From Candidatus Latescibacterota bacterium (GTDB lineage: Bacteria > Latescibacterota > UBA2968 > UBA8231), in NCBI GenBank assembly GCA_965223905.1, contig CBDCXV010000011.1, positions 1,344,001 to 1,408,000 on the forward strand: a stretch of 64,000 nucleotides of DNA. The letters are read 5' to 3'. Every line of letters begins with the position of its first letter. The stretch's first letter is position 1. Both the position numbers and the translations under genes were made by a program. Below the pieces are notes generated by a model that was not told the origin of the DNA, did no database searches, and saw only the letters and a program-made list of their open reading frames with translations. Below, piece by piece: positions 31,599 through 41,554 of the stretch.

Positions 31599-33821
31599 GC
31601 CCGCCCGAGAAAACAGCGCTGCATCCACCTTTTTCCGGCGCGGATCGTTTTTCACCATTGGCCATACATGTCGGGTCCGCAGCCAGTGCCGGAATGCCGG
31701 TATGTCAACCAAGTCGGCTACGACTTGTCGCCGGATTTGGTTTGGGAGGTACTGCTGATAAGGACCGACCGCAAGATTACTCTCAAGATTAGCGAAAAAA
31801 AAGCCGACAGCTTCCCGCACTACCGTCTCTTTCATATGAAGATTTCCCCCCGGGTTGAGTGCTGAGTTCCCTGCGACCGCCAACCCCGCCAGACCACCGA
31901 TGGGACGAAGATCGGGCACGAGAGCGCACAACAAGGTCTGGTATCCGCTGCCACCGAAATGAAGCCACATCAACCCGTCCGGAGAATCGATGAGCGGCGC
32001 GTCGTCCTCGTCCAGACCCAACCCACGCCGTACATGCACAGCGAATTCTTGCCCGGTGGGCGCACTTCGCGCCATGTACCGGAACCCCTCCCGCACCGTT
32101 CCGCCGCCCTTCGGCTTCAGCACAATCTCCCCGCCCATCCCTTCCTGCACGTCCCAACGCTGTCCCCCAAGCGCTAAGTCACGATCCTCCGCGGGCCGTT
32201 GCGCGACATGGGCGACGATCTCGCCCGTGCTGCCGTCGACCACGGGTATGCCGCCGCCGGGGGAATCGAAGTTTGCGTGCATGCCTTTGCCGCCTTCGTC
32301 GAAGGCGTCACCCCATGACTCCCCAAGTGCAAGCCGCCCGTGATGTTCCACGAGGTACTCGGTGTTAACGAGACTCTCCACGATCGCTCCCGCGGTGACA
32401 GCCGGTTCCTCCGGCCAAACATCGCCCGCTAGGTCGAGAAGGTCGGAACGACGCCGGCCACGCGGTCTACCCTGCGCGACGAAGCTAGCCGTCTGTTGCA
32501 CGAACACCGACCACCTGCGTCCATACCCCTGGCCCTCCAAGACGCCATCGCGGGCCGAGAGCAGCATGCTGGCGAGCGCCGCTTTTTCGATTTCCCTTCG
32601 CGGAAGGGCCAGAACTCGGGTGCGACCGATTCGCCGCCCCGCCCGCCCGATTCGCTGCAACAGCGAACGGGTGTCGGGTGGTGCGCCGATGAGAGCGACC
32701 AAATCGACATCGCCGATGTCCACGCCGACTTCCAACGTGGTGGTAGCCACCAGAACTCCATCTCGCACCGAGGCAAAGCCGCGTTCCGCACGCTCTCGAC
32801 GATCACGGGACAAGCTGCCGTGGTGGGCAAACACCTCGATTTCGCGCCGCCGAGGCAATGCACCGGAGAGGTGGGCGGAGAACGTGTCGCACAGGCGGCG
32901 AGTCGGCGCGAACACGAGCGCCTTTCGCATGGACTCGCCGTGGCTGGACAGGGCCTGCCAAATCCTCCGCCCTGCACTTTTTCCGAATCCAGCGGCCGGT
33001 ACAAGGTCCAGCCGTTCCCGCAGCGTTTCGATCGTCATTGATGCTTCGAGCGGAAACCACCCTGGAGCATCCGCTGGCCCGAACACCTCGACTTCCCGCG
33101 TACCCTCAACTCGCACCACCTCCGCCTCGGGGCCGAGCAGTCGGCCTGCAAGTCCCTCCGGATCGCTGATGGTGGCGCTGCCGGCGCAGAGTTGGGGTGA
33201 AGGCGGTCCACCACCTGTCGCCAGTTCGACGTGCAGTTGTCGCAAGCGCCGAAGACGGCCCAAGAGCCAGCTGACTTGGTCGCCGCGGGCGGTTCCGTCG
33301 AACAAGTGCGCCTCGTCCACGAACACCGCCATGACTCCGGCGAGCAAGTGATCCACCACTCTACCGGCTTGCAATCGGGCGTCGCGCACCAGCATGGAGT
33401 CGAACGACTCGGGCGTGGTGACGAGCACAAACGGCGCCTTGCCCTTATCTCGGTGATCGCTGGTTTGACGTCCGCAGGCGACACCGAGCCTGTCGAGAGG
33501 CCCCTCGATTCGCGCCGTCAGGTCGTTGACGAGGGCGCGGGTGGGTGCGATGAGAAGTACACGGACACGGGGTGCGCCCCCTCGCGCTTGGTTTAGTGTT
33601 CGCGCGATCAGTGGCGCCAGAATCGCTTCGGTCTTGCCGGACGCGGTGGCCGACGCAACGAGGACGTTTCTTCCCGATCGAATCGGTGGAACCGCTCGCC
33701 GCTGGATCTCGCGGAGCTCGCGAAAGCTTCCGAAGAACGCGGTGCCGACCATTCCGAGAGACCTGACGATGTCGCTGTCACTGGTCATGATTCCCGCATT
33801 CCTCGCGTGCATCCTCATCAT
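31584..33821 (-). CDS. Lhr-like DEAH-box SF2 helicase (BrxHI/SngC-like)
   Basis: TASGKTEA, PTRAL, DEAH, SAT, HHGSL, TTTLEVGVDIGD and QRIGRAGR motifs. Confidence 0.92.
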   Translation of the reverse strand: MMRMHARNAGIMTSDSDIVRSLGMVGTAFFGSFRELREIQRRAVPPIRSGRNVLVASATASGKTEAILAPLIARTLNQARGGAPRVRVLLIAPTRALVNDLTARIEGPLDRLGVACGRQTSDHRDKGKAPFVLVTTPESFDSMLVRDARLQAGRVVDHLLAGVMAVFVDEAHLFDGTARGDQVSWLLGRLRRLRQLHVELATGGGPPSPQLCAGSATISDPEGLAGRLLGPEAEVVRVEGTREVEVFGPADAPGWFPLEASMTIETLRERLDLVPAAGFGKSAGRRIWQALSSHGESMRKALVFAPTRRLCDTFSAHLSGALPRRREIEVFAHHGSLSRDRRERAERGFASVRDGVLVATTTLEVGVDIGDVDLVALIGAPPDTRSLLQRIGRAGRRIGRTRVLALPRREIEKAALASMLLSARDGVLEGQGYGRRWSVFVQQTASFVAQGRPRGRRRSDLLDLAGDVWPEEPAVTAGAIVESLVNTEYLVEHHGRLALGESWGDAFDEGGKGMHANFDSPGGGIPVVDGSTGEIVAHVAQRPAEDRDLALGGQRWDVQEGMGGEIVLKPKGGGTVREGFRYMARSAPTGQEFAVHVRRGLGLDEDDAPLIDSPDGLMWLHFGGSGYQTLLCALVPDLRPIGGLAGLAVAGNSALNPGGNLHMKETVVREAVGFFFANLESNLAVGPYQQYLPNQIRRQVVADLVDIPAFRHWLRTRHVWPMVKNDPRRKKVDAALFSRAGTGSS

Positions 33822-35155
33822 GCGCGTTCAGCAGGATTGCCTTCCAAGTCGGACACGACATCCAGCAGTTCAAGAGTCCCCCGTACGAATCCCCGAGGTG
33901 TTGGGTCCAAGGTCTCGTCGTGATGGTGTTCTGCGAAGCGCTCGATCCGTCGTCTTACCGCCTGCGACTCACCACTGGACGTTTGCGTCGGGTACGCGCG
34001 CGCATACAGTTCTTGCAGTCGAACCCCCAACTCTTTCGTCTGCTCCACGCTTGGCCGCGGTGCTTCTATGCGCCTCATCCCGGCGATGGAACCCACCAAG
34101 TCTTGAACGGCATCCTTCCCATCACCAACGTCGTCACTAGCGGGCGCACTCCCGAATGCGAGCAGAATCGGACAGTTTCCCCGCAGAAGATCATCAAACG
34201 CTGCCAGCAACGACCTTCGGAGCCCCTCGAATCGCGTCGCGTACTCGACATCGACTTCATCGAATATGACGGCAAGTCCCTTGGCCCCGGTCAATGCGCA
34301 GAACCCCGCCCACCCTTTCAACAGATCACAAAACCGCTCGGGACGTTCATCCAAGCGCCGAGCCTTCAAGGGCGGCAAGCTGATCCAGTAGTGAAGTTGC
34401 CTGAGCTTCTCCTTGGCCCGAGTTGGAGCCAACGTCAGCATGAAGTAGTCCTCGAGCACTTCCATGGCTTCGGGTTCGTCAAGAGCCTTCTGCGGAATCT
34501 TGAAAATGGCGTCCGCAATTCTCCAGCCCACGCTTTGCCTTACACCTCCGTAGGTACGCCGGCGGCACAGGTCTGCCAATCGGTTGCCGACTCCGCACGG
34601 CGTCACCTCGCCTGGATAACGCAGGGAACCAAGGATGGCTTCCATGAGGCCCATTGGTTCCGACAGCGTGACGCCTTCGTCGTCCAGGATGACTGTCGCC
34701 GTCGCAAGGCCTCTCTCGGCAGCCAATCTGGTCAGGAGCGTGAGGAGATGGGTCTTGCCGGCACCCCACGAACCCTCGATAAGGACGCTTTGGGGCTGAC
34801 GTCGGATGGCAGCGACAATTGCCTGCTCCATCTCGACTCGAATGTCATCGGTACCGATGCTCAACTCCTGAACATTCTCCTCTAGCACCTGCCCGAGCTT
34901 GAGGGCCAGAACTGCACGCCTTGCCGCCACGATATCCTCGGGCAAGGACGGCAGGGGCGTTCCGGCAAGAGGTGGCGGCGGTGCTTCCGGAGTCTCCTCC
35001 AACGATTCTCCAACGTCGTCAGGACGTTTCAGCTCCCGCAACGGTAACCAGGCCGCCACATAGCCGAAGTCGACGTTGACGCCCCGGTGCGAGTCGAGGG
35101 CAACTATGACGCCGTCGCCATACTGTGGGTGCCGGACGGCAATGCCCTGCCTCAA
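33818..35155 (-). CDS. BrxD/DUF2791-like P-loop ATPase 3 with small N-terminal SH3-like domain
   Basis: GSWGAGKTH Walker A; AVIFDEVD Walker B; PRGFVR; N-terminal VRHPQYGDGVIV. Confidence 0.8.
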   Translation of the reverse strand: MRQGIAVRHPQYGDGVIVALDSHRGVNVDFGYVAAWLPLRELKRPDDVGESLEETPEAPPPPLAGTPLPSLPEDIVAARRAVLALKLGQVLEENVQELSIGTDDIRVEMEQAIVAAIRRQPQSVLIEGSWGAGKTHLLTLLTRLAAERGLATATVILDDEGVTLSEPMGLMEAILGSLRYPGEVTPCGVGNRLADLCRRRTYGGVRQSVGWRIADAIFKIPQKALDEPEAMEVLEDYFMLTLAPTRAKEKLRQLHYWISLPPLKARRLDERPERFCDLLKGWAGFCALTGAKGLAVIFDEVDVEYATRFEGLRRSLLAAFDDLLRGNCPILLAFGSAPASDDVGDGKDAVQDLVGSIAGMRRIEAPRPSVEQTKELGVRLQELYARAYPTQTSSGESQAVRRRIERFAEHHHDETLDPTPRGFVRGTLELLDVVSDLEGNPAERA

Positions 35156-36447
35156 GGTTCAAACTCCTCATGGGCGTTAAGGGACTCAAAGGAACCCGAG
35201 TACCGCGCTATGAGTTCGTCGTCCTCAATCTCCCTCTCGCCTTCGGACAACTGGATGTCGAGCAGGTTGACCCAAGTCTTCACGAACAGTCTGCGGGCAT
35301 CGACATCGAGATTCCTCTCGGTCGCGACTCGCGCCAAGCGCCGGGCGTTGATTCGCTGTAGTCCACGATCGAATGGTTGACCGATGGCAATCGCGCCCAC
35401 TTCAATCAGCTTCTCGCCGATATTCGCCAGGAGGGGCTCCTGACTCTGTACCTTGTCGAGCGGCACCTGCGACGCGAAGTCGCTGCCCTGATCGAATGAG
35501 GCGCCCCGTACTGCGAGTCGCTGCTCCAGTGCCGGATACTTGCGAAATTCCTCGAGCACGTCCGGCGTCGCGGAGAAGACACCGAACAGTGGAACACCGC
35601 CGGACACGCCGGTCGGCGCATCCAGAATGACGCGCATTGCACCGAGGATGCGAAGGGCTGCCGCTCCCCTTCGGACCTGAAACAACGTTTCCACCTCGTC
35701 CATGAGAAGAAGTAGCCCGTGCACGCCTGCCTCTGGCAGGAACTTCACGAGGGAGAGCAACAGATTTCGACCGAATTGCCTTCTGCTGGCGGCAGGCACT
35801 CTCGCCAGATGCAACTCCTGCATTTCGCTTCGTCCAAGCGTGTCGATGTCTCCCTGCAACCAGCGCAGGGCGGCGTCTCCGACCGGCGAGTTGACACCGA
35901 CACCGTCGGCAGTCGCTTGAAGTGCTGCCGCCATCACACGCCCGAAGGCATTCTCCGGATAATCTCGCTTCTGGATGTCAGAGACCCACAATCGGAAGGC
36001 CGCGTCGACATCCGGGACGCCGCGTTGCCGAATGTCGTCCCGTTTTGCCCGGGTCGTGGCGCCGAGAAGTACCCGCAGCCCCGGCTGGTCCTGGTCGGGC
36101 AACTGCAAGTGCTTGACGAGCTCCCTGTAAACGTCGAGCGGGTTGTCCAGACTGACCCCCTCACCGCACGGGACGTAGGCGACCGCGAAGTTCTCCTGGT
36201 CGCGGGCGCGAATGCCGAGAGTGAGAAGGAAGTGCGTCTTGCCTCCTCCGTATGGCGACAGAACCAGCTTGAAGTGCGCGTCGCTTCGGCATAGGCCCTG
36301 GAGGTACCGCTTGGCAAGGCGGTCGATCCACGGATCGATGCCAACCGAGTAGCTCGGCAAGACGTGCGAAGCTTGCGTCAGTTCCGTCGGAGCCTTGCCC
36401 TCTTCTCCCAGCTTGGCCCAAAGTTGATGGGCCTCGCTTTGGTTCAT
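35152..36447 (-). CDS. BrxD/DUF2791-like P-loop ATPase 2
   Basis: SPYGGGKTH; LLLMDEVE; YPALEQRL; RLFVK; GGAGG RBS and ATGA overlap. Confidence 0.85.
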   Translation of the reverse strand: MNQSEAHQLWAKLGEEGKAPTELTQASHVLPSYSVGIDPWIDRLAKRYLQGLCRSDAHFKLVLSPYGGGKTHFLLTLGIRARDQENFAVAYVPCGEGVSLDNPLDVYRELVKHLQLPDQDQPGLRVLLGATTRAKRDDIRQRGVPDVDAAFRLWVSDIQKRDYPENAFGRVMAAALQATADGVGVNSPVGDAALRWLQGDIDTLGRSEMQELHLARVPAASRRQFGRNLLLSLVKFLPEAGVHGLLLLMDEVETLFQVRRGAAALRILGAMRVILDAPTGVSGGVPLFGVFSATPDVLEEFRKYPALEQRLAVRGASFDQGSDFASQVPLDKVQSQEPLLANIGEKLIEVGAIAIGQPFDRGLQRINARRLARVATERNLDVDARRLFVKTWVNLLDIQLSEGEREIEDDELIARYSGSFESLNAHEEFEP

Positions 36448-37661
36448 ATCAGCCTCCCTTGGGTATCGGCAGACGCCACCTTTTGCGCGACCAGCCCGGC
36501 TGCATGCTTGACGAACTCGCGAACGCGCCCTTCGGTGATGTAGTTCGCGTACTGATTGGCGATCTCTTTCAATGAATGCGCGATGTGTCCCGCATCCGAG
36601 GGATGCAACCCCGCTGCCAATCCGATGTCGATAATGCGATCGCTCAAATCTGCAAAGAAGCGAGGGTCCTGTGGGCTGGGATCGGTCAATTCGTCGATGT
36701 TCACCCAGACCGCTCGGGGGTTGGAGGTCCCGTCCAACTCGGGTGGCCGGGCTCGTTCGATCCGCTGACAGAGCGCCCCGAGGTTCCTGCCTGCGATGTC
36801 GATGAACTCCTCCGTAACGGCGTAGTAAATCGCGCAACCGCGAAACGCGCCGGTCGCCATGTGGTCGACGAAGGTGCGGATATGTGCGAGATGCGCATGC
36901 TGGCGACGGCTGAGAATGGACCACGTACTCCGCAAGGCTGCCTCGGTCTCGTCAAAGAGCACCACCAGCCCGTTATAGCCCAACACCTGCGGGAGCGACA
37001 GCACCGAACGTAACCACACCGCCGCATTGCGTCTTACGAGCTTCCCGAGCGGTCGGGGCAGTTGCGGATGTTCCCGGTACAGTGTGCCCAACGTGACGCG
37101 GAACGTCGGCGTGCTCGCCAGAAGTGCCTCGAGCCGATCCGCCAAGTCCTCGTCACCGCCGCCGGCCACCGCCTCCGTGCAATAGGCGACGGCCAAGTTT
37201 CGGAAGTCCGGCGACAATGCGCGATCAGCTTTCAAACGTGCGATGACCTCCCGCTGCTTGATGGCGTCCAAGCCGGTAAACCGCGCTTCGATGGTCTTTG
37301 TAATCCCGGTGGCGGCGAAGAATCTGTGCGTTCCGGGCGGCGTCATGCCGGCCGCAATCGCACGGTAGGTCTCGACCAGAGACTCGAACGGCCTCTGGGA
37401 ATCCACGTATGCGGTGACGCAGCCGAACTCGCTTGCCCATTGGGCCATCGCCTTGAGGAAATGCGTCTTCCCGCGCCCGTACGGGCCGAAGATGAACTGG
37501 ATTTCCCCGCCTCCCGCGGCGATAACCGGAAGTGTCTCGCGCTTTATCCGATCCAGAGACTCGCTTAACCCGGCAGACACCCGTAGAACGGCCGCGCCGT
37601 CATCCGGCGGCGTACCCAGTTCAGCAAGATGCGCGAGCAACTCCAATGGATCGACATCCAC
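36444..37661 (-). CDS. BrxD/DUF2791-like P-loop ATPase 1
   Basis: GPYGRGKTH; LGYNGLVVLFDETE; ALCQRI; REFVK. Confidence 0.85.
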   Translation of the reverse strand: MDVDPLELLAHLAELGTPPDDGAAVLRVSAGLSESLDRIKRETLPVIAAGGGEIQFIFGPYGRGKTHFLKAMAQWASEFGCVTAYVDSQRPFESLVETYRAIAAGMTPPGTHRFFAATGITKTIEARFTGLDAIKQREVIARLKADRALSPDFRNLAVAYCTEAVAGGGDEDLADRLEALLASTPTFRVTLGTLYREHPQLPRPLGKLVRRNAAVWLRSVLSLPQVLGYNGLVVLFDETEAALRSTWSILSRRQHAHLAHIRTFVDHMATGAFRGCAIYYAVTEEFIDIAGRNLGALCQRIERARPPELDGTSNPRAVWVNIDELTDPSPQDPRFFADLSDRIIDIGLAAGLHPSDAGHIAHSLKEIANQYANYITEGRVREFVKHAAGLVAQKVASADTQGRLI

Positions 37662-37666
37662 GCCGC

Positions 37667-38533
37667 CTATGCCCTCTCGATCCAAAGGGCGCCTAGCTGC
37701 GGGCCGCCGCTGCCGTCGCCGTCGAGCGACGGCAAGGTGACGGTTGCGCCCCTGGAGATGGACGCCATGTTCGGCCCCTGATTGCGCAGGCGTTCGCCTC
37801 GGTCAGTCTTCCACCCGTCCCGGCCGAACCGGGCGAGGTCGAAGACGAACTGCGCCATCGAATACTCGGTGAAGGACTTCGTCACCGGGCGTTTGATGAA
37901 GCGCTCGTCGCGGCTCTGCCGTGCGAGCACGAACAGTGGGTACAGAGTGCGAATGGGCACCTTGCCATCTCGGTCCTTTTCCTGCCGCCGCGCAAGGTGG
38001 ATGGCGTCCTTGATAGACTCGATGAAGTCCGGCCGTACGAAGGGAAACCCCTCTAGCTTCGACTTCTCCTGTTGGAGACGCGTGAACAAGCGCGCCCCAT
38101 CCGGCTCGTCGAAGGTCGTAAGCTCCTCACTACCCAGCCGCAACGTCACTTGCTCCAACTTGTAGCTCACTTGAAAGCCGCCGGCGAAGTCGTACTCCTT
38201 TAACCGCTTGACTGGCCAGCCGGCTTCCTTTGCGGATCGAGCCAGTTGTTCTCGACGATGCCTGAGCGCCTCGTCTCGGTTTTGAGCGAGCGCGGAGCGC
38301 TGGCCATTCAAAACTGGAATCACCTCATCAAGGTTGATCCCTTTGAGCGCCTCGATTGCTTTGTCCAGAGTAGATACTTCTCCCAGACCCCTAATCTTGG
38401 GTTTCACCAGTATGGCTACGGCCTTACTCGCCTTGTCGAGCGCCTTTTTCGTGTCCACCAGAATCTCGTGCAGACGTTCATTCGTCTCTTCGGGATCTGT
38501 TTCAAAGAGAAGCTGTTCTTGCTTGTTTGCCAT
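37667..38533 (-). CDS. Hypothetical protein heading the ATPase operon
   Basis: 288-aa ORF with a helical/coiled-coil N-terminal half; stop lies 5 bp before the GTG of ATPase 1. Confidence 0.75.
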   Translation of the reverse strand: MANKQEQLLFETDPEETNERLHEILVDTKKALDKASKAVAILVKPKIRGLGEVSTLDKAIEALKGINLDEVIPVLNGQRSALAQNRDEALRHRREQLARSAKEAGWPVKRLKEYDFAGGFQVSYKLEQVTLRLGSEELTTFDEPDGARLFTRLQQEKSKLEGFPFVRPDFIESIKDAIHLARRQEKDRDGKVPIRTLYPLFVLARQSRDERFIKRPVTKSFTEYSMAQFVFDLARFGRDGWKTDRGERLRNQGPNMASISRGATVTLPSLDGDGSGGPQLGALWIERA

Positions 38534-38690
38534 GCTTCGTCCGTTTCTCTGTTTCTGCAGTCCTCTCGTACGTTACGTCCGTCGAGCCATTTAAATCTTT
38601 GGGTTTTCGTTCCCGCACCAGAAATTGCTTCATCGCGATCCCGTAATCATCCTCCTTGGGCCGCATCTTCTCAATAAACTCCGCCTCCAC
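38502..38690 (-). pseudogene. Possible 3' remnant of a lost upstream operon gene
   Basis: Short ORF overlapping the start of the next gene, cut by an in-frame stop just upstream. Confidence 0.3.
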
Positions 38691-38913
38691 CTGGACATGC
38701 TGCGCTCATTCCTCAGCGCACGGATATGCTAGCAGTGGGCGAGGCCCACGGTAGCGTAATGGCTACTTTCTTCGCCGAATCCTCCTGACCCCCTTAGACC
38801 GAGTTCAGGCAGGTGGGGTTGAGAGCCTGAGGGGCCTAGCCTGTTGCTAGACGCGCAAAAAGCGACGGCGCGAGTTCCGGGAAAGAAAATCTCTCCGCCC
38901 CGCGCAAATTCGC

Positions 38914-39219
38914 CTAACCAGCCCCCACCTCGAGGGTCGGTATGCCGGAGACATCCACCGTACGCTCCGCGACCGCCAGATCGTGGATGCGCTGCAGGTT
39001 CACCCAGAAGCCGGCGCCGTTGCCGAACAGCTTGCCGAAACGAACCGCCATCTCGGCGGAAACAGGCTGCTTCTCGTTCAGGATGTCGTACAGCGTCTGC
39101 CGGGATATCCCCAGCGCCTTTGCAACGGCTGTCCTGCTCATGGAGAGCGCAGGCAGTACCTCCTCGCGCAGGATCTCCCCCGGATGCACCGGATCAATGG
39201 AGGGGTGTCTTCTGATCAT
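38914..39219 (-). CDS. higA: HigA-family HTH antitoxin
   Basis: HPGEILRE...AEMAVRFGKLFG...FWVNLQ. Confidence 0.92.
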   Translation of the reverse strand: MIRRHPSIDPVHPGEILREEVLPALSMSRTAVAKALGISRQTLYDILNEKQPVSAEMAVRFGKLFGNGAGFWVNLQRIHDLAVAERTVDVSGIPTLEVGAG

Positions 39220-39497
39220 CAGTGATAGTCCTCAATGTCAACGTCCGCAGCACCGTCATCGTCCCAACCGAATGTGACGCGCACATTGGCCGTCAGGCGA
39301 ACGGAGTAGCGGCCCTCACGGTCGCCCTTCAGGGGATGAAAATACGATCCAGGATAGTTTATCTGCCCGGGTCGCTCCGCCGCTTCGAGAGCCGCCATGA
39401 TCCGTCGCAGTTTCCGAGTCCACTCTGCGTTCAGACCCTTCGTTTGCCCCCTTGTCCAGTAATGCCGAAGAGCCTTGTGGCGAATGCTTCCGATCAT
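39219..39497 (-). CDS. higB: HigB/RelE-family toxin
   Basis: IRHKAL...HPLKGDREGRYSVRLTANVRVTF...EDYH; toxin-first order with TGATG overlap. Confidence 0.92.
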   Translation of the reverse strand: MIGSIRHKALRHYWTRGQTKGLNAEWTRKLRRIMAALEAAERPGQINYPGSYFHPLKGDREGRYSVRLTANVRVTFGWDDDGAADVDIEDYH

Positions 39498-39567
39498 AAC
39501 TCAATGATGTATTGAAGCGGTTAATTGTCAAGTGATGACTTACAGGCCGCTTGGATTCGGCTAAGCC

Positions 39568-40314
39568 TCACCCGCTCCGCCTATCCCGCCAGTACCCCTC
39601 CAGGCTGTCCCTCGGCTCCCACCCGAGAAGGCGCCGGGCCTTGCCGGCCCGCACCTGGTCCTGCGGCAGGTCCGCGGTGATGAAGAACGCCTCGCACTTC
39701 GACGGCAGGGCCTCGAGATCGGCCTCGAGGGCGCAGCGGACCGCGGCGGCCGCGTCCGGGAAGGTGACGGCGAACGGGTTCATCCGGGCTTGCGGCCCGC
39801 CGGCAGGGTGCGGCTCGCAGAACCGGGAGAAGATCAGCGTCAGGACGTGGATCGGGTGCTGTTCGGAGAACAGCCGGCAGATCTCCTGGCCCAGCGACTT
39901 GCTGAGCGCATACAGCCCGGTCCCGGGGTGCGGGGAAATCTCCTCGACGATGCCGAAGTCCCAGGAGAGGAAGCGCGGCCCGGCGAGGGTGAACCGGGGG
40001 CCGGTGTTGACGAAGCGGCGGTGCCCGGCCTCGACCGCGGCCCTGAGCGCGTTCCAGGTACCGCGCGTGTTGACGTCGAAGGCGGCGCGGCGGTCCCGCC
40101 GCGACACCGAGCAGTTGACGATGGCGTCGGTCCCCTCGGCCGCGGCCCGCACCTGCCGGTAGTCGCCGGCGTCGACCTGCATGGTCTCGTGCGGGCCGGA
40201 GACCGGCACTACGTCGGTGACGCGCAGGTCGCAGTCCCTTTCCAGCTCCCTGACGACGGGCGGCCCGAGGTAGCCGTTGCCGCCGAGAAGGAGAATTCGC
40301 GGCCTACCCGGCAA
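39568..40314 (-). CDS. NAD-dependent epimerase/dehydratase
   Basis: GGNGYLG Rossmann motif and YALSK catalytic motif. Confidence 0.85.
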   Translation of the reverse strand: MPGRPRILLLGGNGYLGPPVVRELERDCDLRVTDVVPVSGPHETMQVDAGDYRQVRAAAEGTDAIVNCSVSRRDRRAAFDVNTRGTWNALRAAVEAGHRRFVNTGPRFTLAGPRFLSWDFGIVEEISPHPGTGLYALSKSLGQEICRLFSEQHPIHVLTLIFSRFCEPHPAGGPQARMNPFAVTFPDAAAAVRCALEADLEALPSKCEAFFITADLPQDQVRAGKARRLLGWEPRDSLEGYWRDRRSG

Positions 40315-41554
40315 AGGCGACTCCTCCCCTGTCCTCGAGCTCGGCGTAGCGCCGGGCGAACCCGGCGCTGCCGTTGTCGTCGATCACCTCGAGGCTGGAA
40401 CCGGCTTCGAAGATCGGCAGCCCGGCCTGCCGGTAGCGCCCGTGGAAGGCGCTGCGGTTGCCGGCGATCTCGACGATCTCGCCGCCGGCCCGGGTGTAGC
40501 GGTAGACGTGGCGGGGCTCCTTCACCGTCGTGTAGTCGACGGCGTATTTCTCGATCGCGGCCTCGTCGATCTCGACGCCGAGCCCGGGTCCGTCGGGAAC
40601 CGGGTAATAGCCGCCCCTCACCTGGAGCGGGGTTTCGAGCAGCTGGGACTCGTAGATGTTCATGCAGGTGATCGCCGGCCACCGCGCCTCGCTGCAAACG
40701 GAGCCCACGTGGGCGGCCCAAGCCGTGGTCAGGCCGGAGCCGACCAGCTGCAGCCAGAACGGCTTGTTGGCGGCCGCGGCCACCGCCTGCTGCTGCATGA
40801 TCTGCGCGGCCCCGCCGCCGATGATGAGGCCGTCGGCGATGTCGTCGCGGAGCATGACCATGACCGGGGGGCGGTCGACGTGCATGGCGACCGGCCGGTC
40901 GATCCGCGCCCGCAGGTGGCGGTTCCCGGCGATGTCCTCCTGCGGGATGGGGGTCTCGATCATCGCCACCTGCTCGTACTGCTCCAGCGACTTCAGCAGG
41001 GGCACGGCGTTGGCGGAGTTGACGAGGTGGCCGTTGAAGTCGAGGTCGAGCCGGAACTGCGGCGGGATCACCTGCTGTACCGCCTCGATGCAGGCGTGCA
41101 GATCCTGCCAGGGCCGTGTCTTCAGCTTGGCCGACATGTAGCCCCGGGCCACCGCGGTCTCGCACTCCCGCGCCCAGCCCTTCGGGTCCATGTCGCAGGT
41201 CCACCAGGAGATCGGGCACCAGTTGCGGACCCGGGGGCCGAGCAGGTCGCGGACCGGGACGTTCTCGTTCCTCGCCACCGCGTCGAACAGGGCGATCTGG
41301 ACGCCGCAGCCGAGGCCGTCGTTCCAGAGCAGCGAGGCGGCTTCCCTGCCGAGGATGCGGTCCTCGATGTCGTCGGGGACGCGGGCGTGGGTGGCGTTGA
41401 GGATGGTCTCCCCCCAGCCGGCGACGCCGTTGTCCAGGGTCAGGCGGCACAGCTGGACGATCCGCCACGGGGAGATCCAGTACTTCAGGTAGCGGCCGGC
41501 GTGGGCTTCGAAGGGCACGTCGAGGTGGATGAGCTCGACACGGGCCACCTTCAT
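40304..41554 (-). CDS. Mandelate racemase/muconate lactonizing (enolase superfamily) protein
   Basis: GWGE, IALFD, KLK, LDFN, IETP and PDGPGLGVEID motifs. Confidence 0.88.
   Translation of the reverse strand: MKVARVELIHLDVPFEAHAGRYLKYWISPWRIVQLCRLTLDNGVAGWGETILNATHARVPDDIEDRILGREAASLLWNDGLGCGVQIALFDAVARNENVPVRDLLGPRVRNWCPISWWTCDMDPKGWARECETAVARGYMSAKLKTRPWQDLHACIEAVQQVIPPQFRLDLDFNGHLVNSANAVPLLKSLEQYEQVAMIETPIPQEDIAGNRHLRARIDRPVAMHVDRPPVMVMLRDDIADGLIIGGGAAQIMQQQAVAAAANKPFWLQLVGSGLTTAWAAHVGSVCSEARWPAITCMNIYESQLLETPLQVRGGYYPVPDGPGLGVEIDEAAIEKYAVDYTTVKEPRHVYRYTRAGGEIVEIAGNRSAFHGRYRQAGLPIFEAGSSLEVIDDNGSAGFARRYAELEDRGGVAFAG

Noticed and set aside
36448-36924. Extended N-terminus of ATPase 2
   Set aside because: Overlaps ATPase 1 in another frame; RBS and ATGA coupling support a start at 36447.
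31584-38533. Calling the operon canonical BREX, Shango or Dpd
   Set aside because: No methyltransferase, PglZ, TerB or DpdA-type motifs visible in the window.
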